This document shows, piece after piece, positions 54,893 through 64,000 of a stretch of DNA of 64,000 bases. Below the pieces are notes generated by a model, which searched no databases, was not told where the DNA came from, and worked only from the letters and a program-made list of their open reading frames with translations. The DNA comes from a virus (lineage: Duplodnaviria > Caudoviricetes): positions 21,811-85,810 of IMG/VR virus record IMGVR_UViG_3300042523_000723; one strand, given 5' to 3'. The number at the start of each line of letters is the position of its first letter. Position 1 is the first letter of the stretch. The translations under genes were made by a program, and so were the position numbers.

Positions 54893-55740
54893 ATTATATT
54901 ATTATTTTTTAAAAATTCAATAAAATCTGATACATTAATTTCCATATTATCATCAGAATCTATTTTATTTGTAGTATACTTAAAATAAGGTAGATTAAAA
55001 TGGTTACATATAGATAAATATTGATTACTTATTTGTGTTGGGTTATTTACATTCAGTTCAACTACATTTGTTTTTTCTGAAAAAATACTAAATAATAAAC
55101 CCCCACTATTAGGTGAAATTATAGTTTCAGAATTTCTAAATAATTTAATTTTTTCTTCCACATTTAAATCTTCTAAAAATACTACCTCAACACCAAAAGA
55201 TTTAAGGGTTTCACATAATTCATTTTCATTTATTATTTGTCTTTTTTTAACATTATTAAAAAATTCATTACCACTTAATAAATGTGATTTACTTCTACAT
55301 AAATAATATTTTTTATGGTATTTACTTTCATCTTCACTTTTAGGTATTTTAAAAATAGATTTAATATAATCATACCCTTCACCTGAAATGTGATATAACC
55401 CATTATCTATGATAGGTTCACCATAATTATTAATAATTATATCTTCACTGTTAATATTTTCTACAATTTTAAATTCATCTTTCAATAAATCAAATGCCTC
55501 TTTTTGGAAATCTAACATAAAAATATCGTCTTTATATGATGGATTTAAACTAAAATATAAATTATATGGTTTTTTTAAGTTCCCATTATATAATTCTTTA
55601 TTTTGTTCTAATTTACCACCGCCACCGACACCGTTTATACCCCCATTTTGTATGTGTCTTAAACCAGAAATCATGTAAATAAACCAATGGTAAATAAAAA
55701 TAGACCCTCTATTTTCTATATGGAATACAACTCTACTCAT
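54889..55740 (-). CDS. GT61-like glycosyltransferase
   Basis: YHW, YYLCR, RQIINENEL, LEDL..EEKIKLF, SPNSGGL. Confidence 0.7.
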   Translation of the reverse strand: MSRVVFHIENRGSIFIYHWFIYMISGLRHIQNGGINGVGGGGKLEQNKELYNGNLKKPYNLYFSLNPSYKDDIFMLDFQKEAFDLLKDEFKIVENINSEDIIINNYGEPIIDNGLYHISGEGYDYIKSIFKIPKSEDESKYHKKYYLCRSKSHLLSGNEFFNNVKKRQIINENELCETLKSFGVEVVFLEDLNVEEKIKLFRNSETIISPNSGGLLFSIFSEKTNVVELNVNNPTQISNQYLSICNHFNLPYFKYTTNKIDSDDNMEINVSDFIEFLKNNNII

Positions 55741-55742
55741 AT

Positions 55743-56489
55743 TTAAATTTCATTTTTACTAATAAATCTATTTTCTTCTGAAGTTTGTAGATTTAATTTA
55801 TACTTATCTATTATTCTTAATAAATCATCTTTTAAATCATAATAATAATCTAAATTAAGTAATTTACCTTTTACTGTTATATGTAAAAAATTTAAGTCTG
55901 AAGAAAAAACAAACCCTCTATGATAAACTAAATTTATTTTTTCAGATTTTTGTAACCCATAAAATTTAAAATTATCGTTAACAAATTTTTGAACATTATC
56001 ATTAGTTTCAAAAGAAGGATAGGTTTCATCAGGAAATGATTCACATAATCTTAACAAAGAAGTTTTTTTATATAAAGAAGGTGCATAATCATATGGTGTA
56101 AAAAAATGATTGTCAGTTATGTTATTTATACTCGTTAAAATAAAACTATCTTTTTCTAAAATTTCTTTACTTTTATTGAATACACCAAAACTTATCCTAT
56201 CTAAATTATTTTCTTTCATAATACTTAAATAGTTAGAAACGGCTTTCTCATCAATATTAATAATCACATCAACATCACTAAATAACATAATATACTCATC
56301 ATCAATATTTTTTAATATTTCTATTAATCTTCTAACATAATTTAAAGTACCATCATATATAAAAGTATCGTGTTTAAATATATACCCATTTAAATTATCA
56401 GTACATAACAAAATATTTTTACTTTCATAATCATTAATTATATCCCACAAATGTGAATAATTACTATTCGAAATTATTATTTTTTTCAT
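55743..56489 (-). CDS. putative glycosyltransferase
   Basis: GT-A-like (DVD) ORF inside the glycan island. Confidence 0.5.
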   Translation of the reverse strand: MKKIIISNSNYSHLWDIINDYESKNILLCTDNLNGYIFKHDTFIYDGTLNYVRRLIEILKNIDDEYIMLFSDVDVIINIDEKAVSNYLSIMKENNLDRISFGVFNKSKEILEKDSFILTSINNITDNHFFTPYDYAPSLYKKTSLLRLCESFPDETYPSFETNDNVQKFVNDNFKFYGLQKSEKINLVYHRGFVFSSDLNFLHITVKGKLLNLDYYYDLKDDLLRIIDKYKLNLQTSEENRFISKNEI

Positions 56490-56492
56490 AAT

Positions 56493-57374
56493 TTATACAT
56501 ATTTTAACCATTCATTACCTGTTTGAAATTGTGATATATCTTTACCATCATTATCTGTGGTAAATCCAATATCTTTAATATACTCACTAACACAACAAGA
56601 ACACTTAGGAGTATTATTAGTCCCCCCCAAATCTGTGTGACAACACCAACAATTATTATGTCCGTCCATTCTAACATGTGTTAAAAACCCCTCACTTATA
56701 CCAATTCTTAACCCTAAATCGCCCCATATTTTATCCATATTAGGTTCAATGTGTGGATCACCATTAGAGTATTTTAAAATTATTTCATTAAAAAATTTTT
56801 TTGAAGTAATAAAACAATTATTACTATAACCACAAAATTTAGAATCTATAATATACATTTTAGGGTTATCATTATATTTTTTAATGTAATTTGAAAATTT
56901 TATTTCAGGATTTTCAGTATAATAACACGCATAATCTATTTTACTTATATCAGACATTTCATTATTATATTTATGTTTAGTAGTTATAGGGTGACCAGGT
57001 ATTTTTAAACTTCTTATACGAATCAAATCAATTTTATCTTCATTAATAAGTTTCTCTGAATAATTAATAATTTTTATAACTTCTTCCTCACTTGTATGTA
57101 TTCTAAAATCATTTTCAGTCCATAAAACACACTCATATTTAGATTCTTTAAAAACCCTTTTCATACCACCTAACATCATACTATTATAGTCTTCTAAATA
57201 GTATTTTACACCATAAAAATCACAAACATTAATTTCCTCACCAACATTATCAGATGGTTGTAGTACACAAAAAACATCGTCAGAAATATTTAATAACCCA
57301 TAATGTTTATAAGATAATAATGTATTTTTAAGAGTAATAGGTGAATTATGTGATAGTATACCTACAGATACCAT
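56493..57374 (-). CDS. GT2-like glycosyltransferase
   Basis: VGILSHN...TLLSY...VLWTENDF. Confidence 0.6.
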   Translation of the reverse strand: MVSVGILSHNSPITLKNTLLSYKHYGLLNISDDVFCVLQPSDNVGEEINVCDFYGVKYYLEDYNSMMLGGMKRVFKESKYECVLWTENDFRIHTSEEEVIKIINYSEKLINEDKIDLIRIRSLKIPGHPITTKHKYNNEMSDISKIDYACYYTENPEIKFSNYIKKYNDNPKMYIIDSKFCGYSNNCFITSKKFFNEIILKYSNGDPHIEPNMDKIWGDLGLRIGISEGFLTHVRMDGHNNCWCCHTDLGGTNNTPKCSCCVSEYIKDIGFTTDNDGKDISQFQTGNEWLKYV

Positions 57375-57384
57375 TATTTTAGTT

Positions 57385-58149
57385 TTATATATACGTTATT
57401 TTACTTTGCTCAATACCTTCTGGTACTACCCTATATATATCACCAAACCTATTTAATTTATTATAGTTAAACCATCTTTTTGGTCCAATAATTAATTTTT
57501 GATTTTCATTCAAATAAGATGTCCACCAAGAAAAAGATGAGTTAGACATTATCATATATTTACATTTACTTAAAATATAAAAATCAGTAAATTCATCATT
57601 ACTAATATATTCTTCATTAGGATATATGGACTTACAATATTCAATATCATCTGTAACAAATAGAAACTTTATATCTTTTTTGTTTTCTAAAATATTATTT
57701 TTAGCGTAATCATAATATTCTTTAGGTAAAACCCAATCTATTTCTTTATAGTCACCACCTCTTAAATGAATGTAGCAATAGTCATCAACATCGTACTTCT
57801 TTAATATATCTTCTGATTTTTCATCATATTCTAATTTAAAGTCATTTTTAATAATTCCTTCTATATCTTTAAAATAAAAATCAGATTGGAAAAATCCACT
57901 AATTAGTGTATTATCAGAAATATTAAATATTTCGTGATGTATATCTTCTGATTTTTGATAAAACACATTAGTTACTACCTTATTATCTACACCCAAATCA
58001 CATTTTAAATTAAGTTGACTAACCCCCAAAAAATCTCTAGGTATGTGATAATCATACCCATTTTTTAATGCTATTGATTTACAAACTGCATATTGAAATA
58101 GTTGATTACCTAATCTACCACCTCTTTCATTCATTTGTATACTAATCAT
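57385..58149 (-). CDS. GT11 alpha-1,2-fucosyltransferase-like
   Basis: GRLGNQLFQYA, GFFQS, IHLRGGDY, SNSSFSWW. Confidence 0.9.
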   Translation of the reverse strand: MISIQMNERGGRLGNQLFQYAVCKSIALKNGYDYHIPRDFLGVSQLNLKCDLGVDNKVVTNVFYQKSEDIHHEIFNISDNTLISGFFQSDFYFKDIEGIIKNDFKLEYDEKSEDILKKYDVDDYCYIHLRGGDYKEIDWVLPKEYYDYAKNNILENKKDIKFLFVTDDIEYCKSIYPNEEYISNDEFTDFYILSKCKYMIMSNSSFSWWTSYLNENQKLIIGPKRWFNYNKLNRFGDIYRVVPEGIEQSKITYI

Positions 58150-58948
58150 TTTTAAAAATTGTATCGTTAAAATTATTTAAATTATCTATATATCTATTAT
58201 ATGTATTAGCAACACTACCTTTCCAAGGGGCTGACCAATGACAATAATGTGAGACTATTGTGTTAGAATCCTGATCACCAAAGTATGAAACATATTTATT
58301 AGGTATTTGTACCCATCTATCTAAAAATAATAAATTTAAAATTGGTTGATCAGTACCTTCAGTTAACCCAACATGATAATTTATTTTCTTAAATCTTTCT
58401 CGTAATTTTTCTAATTCATCAACAGTAGATTCATCAATTAATTTTGTATTGAAATACATAAATGCCGAATTAAAACAATATTTTTGAACATCAAAGTTTT
58501 CATCTAGATCCCCCAACGATTCTGTATCCATATTTGTGTTAAAATGTTTTCCATTAATTTGATCCGATAAACCACCACAATACCACATACTAAATAAATC
58601 TCTAACTGTGTTTTTTTCTCCATCACAATACATATCAACCTCATCTAAATTTTGTATTTTACTTAATGATTCATTAATTAAAATATCACAATCTAAGTAC
58701 ATTACTTTTTTCCATTGTTTAAAAAATGAGTCAAAAACACTAAATTTAACATAAAATGGGTTAGACATATTTATTTGTTTGACATAAATACCTTTATCCA
58801 CAAATTCTCTATATTCTTCTTCAACCATATTTGTTAATAAACAATAATCTCCATCCCATTGACCTTCTTTTTTAATGTTAACAAATAAAGATTTGGCATG
58901 TTCTTTATAATTTTTATCTGCCACTAATACAACTACTTCATTTTTCAT
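58142..58948 (-). CDS. GT8 glycosyltransferase
   Basis: MYLDCD, FNSA, DQPILN, HYC...PW. Confidence 0.85.
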   Translation of the reverse strand: MKNEVVVLVADKNYKEHAKSLFVNIKKEGQWDGDYCLLTNMVEEEYREFVDKGIYVKQINMSNPFYVKFSVFDSFFKQWKKVMYLDCDILINESLSKIQNLDEVDMYCDGEKNTVRDLFSMWYCGGLSDQINGKHFNTNMDTESLGDLDENFDVQKYCFNSAFMYFNTKLIDESTVDELEKLRERFKKINYHVGLTEGTDQPILNLLFLDRWVQIPNKYVSYFGDQDSNTIVSHYCHWSAPWKGSVANTYNRYIDNLNNFNDTIFKND

Positions 58949-58949
58949 A

Positions 58950-59804
58950 TTATTTTAGTTTATTTAATTTATTAATTATTTTTAAAGAACAGTTTTTATA
59001 GTCAAAATATTCGTTATATATATTATTACCATTCTCCCTCAAAATTTTTATGTGTTCACTATCTAACGATTCTAAAATATTTGGTATTTTTTCTATTTGA
59101 CTTTCATGTATTTTAATACCAATATCCTCAAAATTAAATTCATCATACCAAGGAGTCCAATCTTTATCATAAATATATACAGGTATAGATCCTTGTTGGA
59201 GGGATTCACAAATTCTAAATGATGTTGCCCCATACCCTCTAGGGCATAAACTAAATACACTTCTTTCCATTTTATCTACAAATTGTTCATAACTAATTTT
59301 TGATAAAACTATATCAAAACCAGATACGTGTCTGAGAGTTTCAGTCATTTTATTTCTTAATGGGTGAGTATTTGAACCGATAAAACTACACAATATATCC
59401 CTTTCTCTATTAATGTCAATATTGTTTCTAGGTTGACAAACTAAGGGTATTGGGTAACCTATATTTTTTTCTGGTACAATTTTTTGTCCTCCACCACCAG
59501 AACAAAATACTATAATATCTAAATCTTCTATGTTTTGTAAAATACCGTCATCATACTGTAAAACAGTAAAATATTTTTTACTTCTATCTAAATTATTTAA
59601 AAACGTTTGAACGTCATCCATATTGGAGTTTCCGTAATTTCTACTTATATACAGATTAGTCCATAATATAGGTATATATTCTCTTTCTGTTATAATGTTA
59701 TTATTAACATAGAAATCATAAAAATACTCCTCATATATTTGATGGTTATTAGGGGGGTATGTATGATTAGTTCTTATAAATAAATTTTGTGGGATTTCTA
59801 CCAT
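58950..59804 (-). CDS. exostosin-family (GT47) glycosyltransferase
   Basis: SFIGS, SVFSLCPRGYGATSFRICESLQQGSIPV. Confidence 0.85.
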   Translation of the reverse strand: MVEIPQNLFIRTNHTYPPNNHQIYEEYFYDFYVNNNIITEREYIPILWTNLYISRNYGNSNMDDVQTFLNNLDRSKKYFTVLQYDDGILQNIEDLDIIVFCSGGGGQKIVPEKNIGYPIPLVCQPRNNIDINRERDILCSFIGSNTHPLRNKMTETLRHVSGFDIVLSKISYEQFVDKMERSVFSLCPRGYGATSFRICESLQQGSIPVYIYDKDWTPWYDEFNFEDIGIKIHESQIEKIPNILESLDSEHIKILRENGNNIYNEYFDYKNCSLKIINKLNKLK

Positions 59805-59805
59805 A

Positions 59806-60522
59806 TTATAAATGTTTAAGTCTATTTATTATTTCTTTTGTATTATTATTACATAATGAACGATTATTCAGATACCAACTATTTTCATGTTGTCTATGGA
59901 AATAATTTAAACCGCCTACTATTTTTATTCTATTATTTGATTTAATCCATAAATAAGAAAAATAAAAAGCATCATTTGTTTGTAAATCATATTCTATAGT
60001 TTCTCTCAAAAACGAATTTATATAGGTATCTCTATTAACTAAAAAATTACCAGTATTTAGGGCGGTAGTTATTTCTGGTTTATCTAAAAATAATTTAATA
60101 TTATCAATAGAGTATTCATAATCTTTATAATTAGAGAAATCGGAAATTAAATCACCATTAAAATGCAATAATTTTTCTGGTATATACAATGTGTTTTTAT
60201 CTTTACCTATATTTTTAATAGTGTCAATATAATTGTCATTTAATTTATTATCAGAATCTAAAAGTATTACCCATTCGTTTTTAGAATGTTTTACCGCTTC
60301 TAATTTATTCATTAATGGTTTTAAATTAGACTCATTCCTATATAATTTTATTTTATCACTTTTTAACTCATCTAACTTATTTTTAAGATTATTAAAAAGT
60401 GTGTCCTCTGAACAATCGTCAACTATCACTATCTCATCTATTAATTCATTATCTAAAACAGATGAAAAAGAATCTATTACTAAATCTAATCTATTGTAAG
60501 TTGTAATCGCTATTGTAAACAT
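59806..60522 (-). CDS. GT2 glycosyltransferase
   Basis: IAITTYNR, IVDDCS, LLDSDN; start moved to MFTIAIT. Confidence 0.85.
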   Translation of the reverse strand: MFTIAITTYNRLDLVIDSFSSVLDNELIDEIVIVDDCSEDTLFNNLKNKLDELKSDKIKLYRNESNLKPLMNKLEAVKHSKNEWVILLDSDNKLNDNYIDTIKNIGKDKNTLYIPEKLLHFNGDLISDFSNYKDYEYSIDNIKLFLDKPEITTALNTGNFLVNRDTYINSFLRETIEYDLQTNDAFYFSYLWIKSNNRIKIVGGLNYFHRQHENSWYLNNRSLCNNNTKEIINRLKHL

Positions 60523-60535
60523 ATCTATTTTAATT

Positions 60536-61192
60536 TTATTGCCAAGTAGTAGTGAATAAGTGTATACAAAATGTATTGTCAGTTTTAAAAGATTCAATAT
60601 AATTTATATCATTTTCATTTAAACTTCTTATACTATGTCTTTCTGCACCAGGAAATGGATAAAAATAATCACCTTTTAATATTTTAATATCATATTCCCA
60701 TTTATTATCATTAATTAATTTTGTTAAATAATAAGGCCCAGTTTCATTCATAACTCTATTAATTTCATGTCTCTTTATTGGTTCATTATTTAATATGTCA
60801 TTTAAAAACTTTTCACATATTTTGTTTTTTGGGGTGGATCCGACTATACTATTCCATACTTCATTAGGGTTATTTTTATCAGTTCCAGCAAAAAAATCAT
60901 ATTCTAATAATTCATCAAAAGACTTTATCTGTAAAAAATCGTAATCCATATAAATACCACCATACTTATACAATAATTCAAATCTAAGAATGTCGGATTT
61001 AGATCCTAAATTTTCTGTTTCATCAAATAACCTTTGATTAATCAATTCAAAATTAATGTTGTTATCGTTCCATTCTATAACATCGTAATTTTTATTTTTT
61101 TCTTTTATTTTTTCTAATAAAAAATTAAATTTTTTAGGTTTTTCACCCCCTAACCATATTAAATGGATTTTTTTAGGTATTTTATTTTCCAT
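60536..61192 (-). CDS. GT32 (OCH1-like DxD) glycosyltransferase
   Basis: IPKKIHLIWLG, SDILRFELLYKYGGIYMDYD, TGP. Confidence 0.9.
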   Translation of the reverse strand: MENKIPKKIHLIWLGGEKPKKFNFLLEKIKEKNKNYDVIEWNDNNINFELINQRLFDETENLGSKSDILRFELLYKYGGIYMDYDFLQIKSFDELLEYDFFAGTDKNNPNEVWNSIVGSTPKNKICEKFLNDILNNEPIKRHEINRVMNETGPYYLTKLINDNKWEYDIKILKGDYFYPFPGAERHSIRSLNENDINYIESFKTDNTFCIHLFTTTWQ

Positions 61193-61991
61193 ATGTAAGT
61201 TTTTCAAATATTATATCGTCAGCAACTAAATAGTTTTTACTTATCTCATAGTTTTCTAAAATATATTTTTTTCTTTCATCATAATATTTCTTATCAATAT
61301 CCTTTAAAATATCTTTTAAATCATCAATATTATTGAAAACTATAATCCCTTTTTCGTTGAAAAAATTACCTATTGATGGGCATCCCCAATAAATAGGGAT
61401 AGTACCTGTGATAAAACAATCGATTAATTTTTCTGAAAAATAAAAATCTTTTTTACAATTTTCTATTGTAATAGAAAACATATATTCTTTTAACGCCTCA
61501 GATTTATTTATGATAGGTTTATATCCTGAACCATAAAAGTCAATACCATTTATTTGATTTGATATATCATGCCTCAATTTATGTCCCACTAAATGTTTTT
61601 TATTAGAATAAATCATGGAAATTAATTTATTCTTTTCAGTTATAAATCTCTCATTTTCATTTATCCAACAACCACCTAAAGGGATAAGAACAAATTTTTC
61701 TGAAATGTTTAATAATTCCACATCAAACGTGAATATACCCTCAAAAAGATTAAAATTATTTTTTGCATATTCATAATATTGTGGAGTTACTAATGGTGAT
61801 TCTACTAACCACCCATAAACTTTTTTATTAGGTAATTTTTCTACCAAAGTTAAATCGGTTATTACCACAATTTGATTGTCATCTAAAATAGTATCTCTAT
61901 CCCATAAAAAATTTTTAGGTGAATTATACCAACTAGAAGACGAAGCGTGTGAAAAAAAATTATCAATTATATTTAATTTTTCTATGTTCAT
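61182..61991 (-). CDS. GT10 alpha-1,3-fucosyltransferase-like
   Basis: YMFSITIEN...YFSEKLIDCF..GTIPIYWG. Confidence 0.85.
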   Translation of the reverse strand: MNIEKLNIIDNFFSHASSSSWYNSPKNFLWDRDTILDDNQIVVITDLTLVEKLPNKKVYGWLVESPLVTPQYYEYAKNNFNLFEGIFTFDVELLNISEKFVLIPLGGCWINENERFITEKNKLISMIYSNKKHLVGHKLRHDISNQINGIDFYGSGYKPIINKSEALKEYMFSITIENCKKDFYFSEKLIDCFITGTIPIYWGCPSIGNFFNEKGIIVFNNIDDLKDILKDIDKKYYDERKKYILENYEISKNYLVADDIIFEKLTYGK

Positions 61992-62599
61992 CCTTTAATA
62001 TAAAAAGCGTCTCCCCAAGTACCTCCTGCCCATGTAGTTTCTACTCTATTAAAACCATAAGAACCTAAATACGAATCTAACTCTTCTATCTTAGCACAAC
62101 CCTTATATAATTCAGCCCTATTAACCTCAGTCATTACATAATCAATAGTATTAAGGTATTCTGATCCACCTTTGAATACTTCTAATTCATAACCCTGTAC
62201 ATCTATATTAATAAAATTAAATTTTTCTTTATGTTCAATAAATTTATCTAATTTAGTCATTTTTACAGTTTCTTTACCATCAAACTGTATCGATGGATGT
62301 TGTACTAAATGATAATCAGGTTCTAAAACTGAACTAGATTGTCCTTCATTTATAGTTTCAGTGAACATCTCAACTTCACCTTCTTTATTACCTAATGCAG
62401 TATTTATTAATATTGCCTTATCCCCAACATTTTCTTTGAGTCTGTTAAATGTGTTTTTTATTGGCTCAAAAAACATAACATTTTTAATACCTAATCTTTC
62501 ATAAGTTTGAAATTCTTGCCCAATATGTGCACCAATATGTAAAACACCTTTAATTTTTAAATCATATTTTTCTTTTAAACTATCTAAATTTAACAACAT
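61988..62599 (-). CDS. FkbM-family methyltransferase
   Basis: HIGAHIG, FEP, SSSVL, IDVQGYELEVFKG. Confidence 0.9.
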   Translation of the reverse strand: MLLNLDSLKEKYDLKIKGVLHIGAHIGQEFQTYERLGIKNVMFFEPIKNTFNRLKENVGDKAILINTALGNKEGEVEMFTETINEGQSSSVLEPDYHLVQHPSIQFDGKETVKMTKLDKFIEHKEKFNFINIDVQGYELEVFKGGSEYLNTIDYVMTEVNRAELYKGCAKIEELDSYLGSYGFNRVETTWAGGTWGDAFYIKG

Positions 62600-62665
62600 A
62601 AAAATTATTTTTTTTTATTATTTAATATATAATTATCGTAAAATTTTTTAAAAAGTAAACGTTAT

Positions 62666-63481
62666 TTATTTTAAAAACCCATTGTCATAAATAACATTAA
62701 TTTTTTCCCATTCGGGTTCATAAATGTCTTCATATTTTTTTTCACCATTAGGTCCAAACCAAATAGATGGTACACATACTTTTTTGTCTTTATTTTTGTT
62801 TAAGTATGATCCCCACCAAGAAAAAGATGAATTAGACATAATATTATGATTACATAAACTAATTGCCCATAAATCTTCATAATCATCTAAATCAGTAACA
62901 ATAGTACATTTGTCGTAATCTAAATTTTTTTCTGCCCAATCCTTGTCGTTGGTAAAAACAAAAACATTAGAGTGATTACCAATATATTTAAGGGATTTAT
63001 CTATATAACTTTTTTCTATAACAGGTAATATATCAGACACAGTTAAATAATCACCTCTTCTGATATGAATAGATACTGAATTTTTTTCAAATATTAATGG
63101 GTATAAAGTCATCAACTTTTGTTTAAACTCTTCAGTTGGTAGAAATAGGTTTTTTATATTCTCACTATAAATCTTAAAATTTTTACTACTTTGGAAGTAC
63201 CCATAAAACATTATTGATATATCATAATCGTATTTCAGATCACTATAATCCCAACTAATCTCATTAACCCTTTTTAGTGGGTTAATATTTTCTTTAAAAT
63301 CAATATTTCTAAAAATATTATCTACATAGTTAATAGTTTGATTACCTTCCATAGGAAGAAATGAGAAAGGTTTAAAAAAGACAGGTGTATTATGGATATA
63401 CCCTTCTGTTTTGGCTTTAGCAATTTGAAACATTTGATTTCCTAGCCCACCCATTAAATATGAAGTTATAAAATTTTCCAT
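62666..63481 (-). CDS. GT11 alpha-1,2-fucosyltransferase-like (second copy)
   Basis: GGLGNQMFQ, GYFQS, HIRRGDY, SNSSFSWWG; start moved to MENFIT. Confidence 0.9.
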   Translation of the reverse strand: MENFITSYLMGGLGNQMFQIAKAKTEGYIHNTPVFFKPFSFLPMEGNQTINYVDNIFRNIDFKENINPLKRVNEISWDYSDLKYDYDISIMFYGYFQSSKNFKIYSENIKNLFLPTEEFKQKLMTLYPLIFEKNSVSIHIRRGDYLTVSDILPVIEKSYIDKSLKYIGNHSNVFVFTNDKDWAEKNLDYDKCTIVTDLDDYEDLWAISLCNHNIMSNSSFSWWGSYLNKNKDKKVCVPSIWFGPNGEKKYEDIYEPEWEKINVIYDNGFLK

Positions 63482-63482
63482 A

Positions 63483-63998
63483 TTAAAATAACCATTTATA
63501 ATTAACATTTTTATTTTGTATATCACTAAAACTTTCTCTTTGTAATGCAATACTAGGGTTAAACCCGTAACAATTATAAGATTTTTGTATATCAGCGTAA
63601 TATACGTCTATCGGTTTTCCCCTTATACTTATTAAATCCAATATTAAGTCATATATAGTATTGTTTATAACCACACAATGTATCCCATATGTTTCATTTA
63701 ATTTTATAATTTTTTCATTTAAAAAATTAATTTGTTTACCCATATGTTTATTATGGTTACCACCAAAATATATCATATCCCAATCCTCTGGTACTGATGA
63801 CATATATTGTTCTAAATTTAATATTTCTTCAGTAAATTCTATATCGTCTTCTATTATTAATATATTTTTATAACCTTTTTCTTTAGCCTCATTAATGATG
63901 TTAATGTGGGTAGTTAAAATACCTAATTCCCCATTATTTATTATGGTGTCATTAATTAATGTATTACCATCTACGGCAGAAAAACGAGTAACACTATC
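63483..63998 (-). CDS. GT25 glycosyltransferase, 5'-partial
   Basis: Frame open to window edge: RFSAVDG...GELG...H...ILIIEDD...WDMIYFG. Confidence 0.85.
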   Translation of the reverse strand, partial: DSVTRFSAVDGNTLINDTIINNGELGILTTHINIINEAKEKGYKNILIIEDDIEFTEEILNLEQYMSSVPEDWDMIYFGGNHNKHMGKQINFLNEKIIKLNETYGIHCVVINNTIYDLILDLISIRGKPIDVYYADIQKSYNCYGFNPSIALQRESFSDIQNKNVNYKWLF

Positions 63999-64000
63999 AG

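Noticed and set aside
1-64000. tRNA, rRNA or CRISPR loci
   Set aside because: No cloverleaf/T-loop signatures or repeat-spacer arrays seen in the short intergenic regions by eye; tRNAscan was not run.

Overview
This AT-rich 64 kb window comes from a large T4-like (jumbo) dsDNA phage using the standard genetic code. TAnnTTTG promoter boxes and A-rich, SD-less starts suggest a Bacteroidota host. Layout: (i) 1-23.4 kb holds accessory and late genes (GH24 lysozyme, HNH, DUF192, DUF4314, HEXXH peptidase, LRR protein, split ClpC, DNA methyltransferase, Hsp20, KTSC, nucleotidyltransferase, acidic core-like proteins). (ii) 23.5-35.5 kb is a T4-type head module: terminase with intein, portal, prohead protease with intein, scaffold and major capsid protein. 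(iii) 36.4-42.6 kb has minus-strand structural/baseplate genes and a gp55-like late sigma factor. (iv) 42.6-64 kb is a large glycan-biosynthesis island (gmd/fcl, about 13 glycosyltransferases, a PRK/aldolase/NTP-transferase/phosphatase module, FkbM). Top findings: (1) a shared N-terminal leader ending in prohead-protease-like (I/L/V)-x-E sites, fused to at least 13 unrelated late proteins, which is a candidate capsid-loading system for injected enzymes; (2) a clpC gene fractured inside Walker A by an atypically split intein (18-aa IntN, 145-aa IntC) with a decayed endonuclease between the halves; (3) a late-promoter motif ATATTTAT that repeatedly sits in the loop of hairpins occluding the downstream start region. 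All family assignments come from motif recognition by eye, with no database searches.
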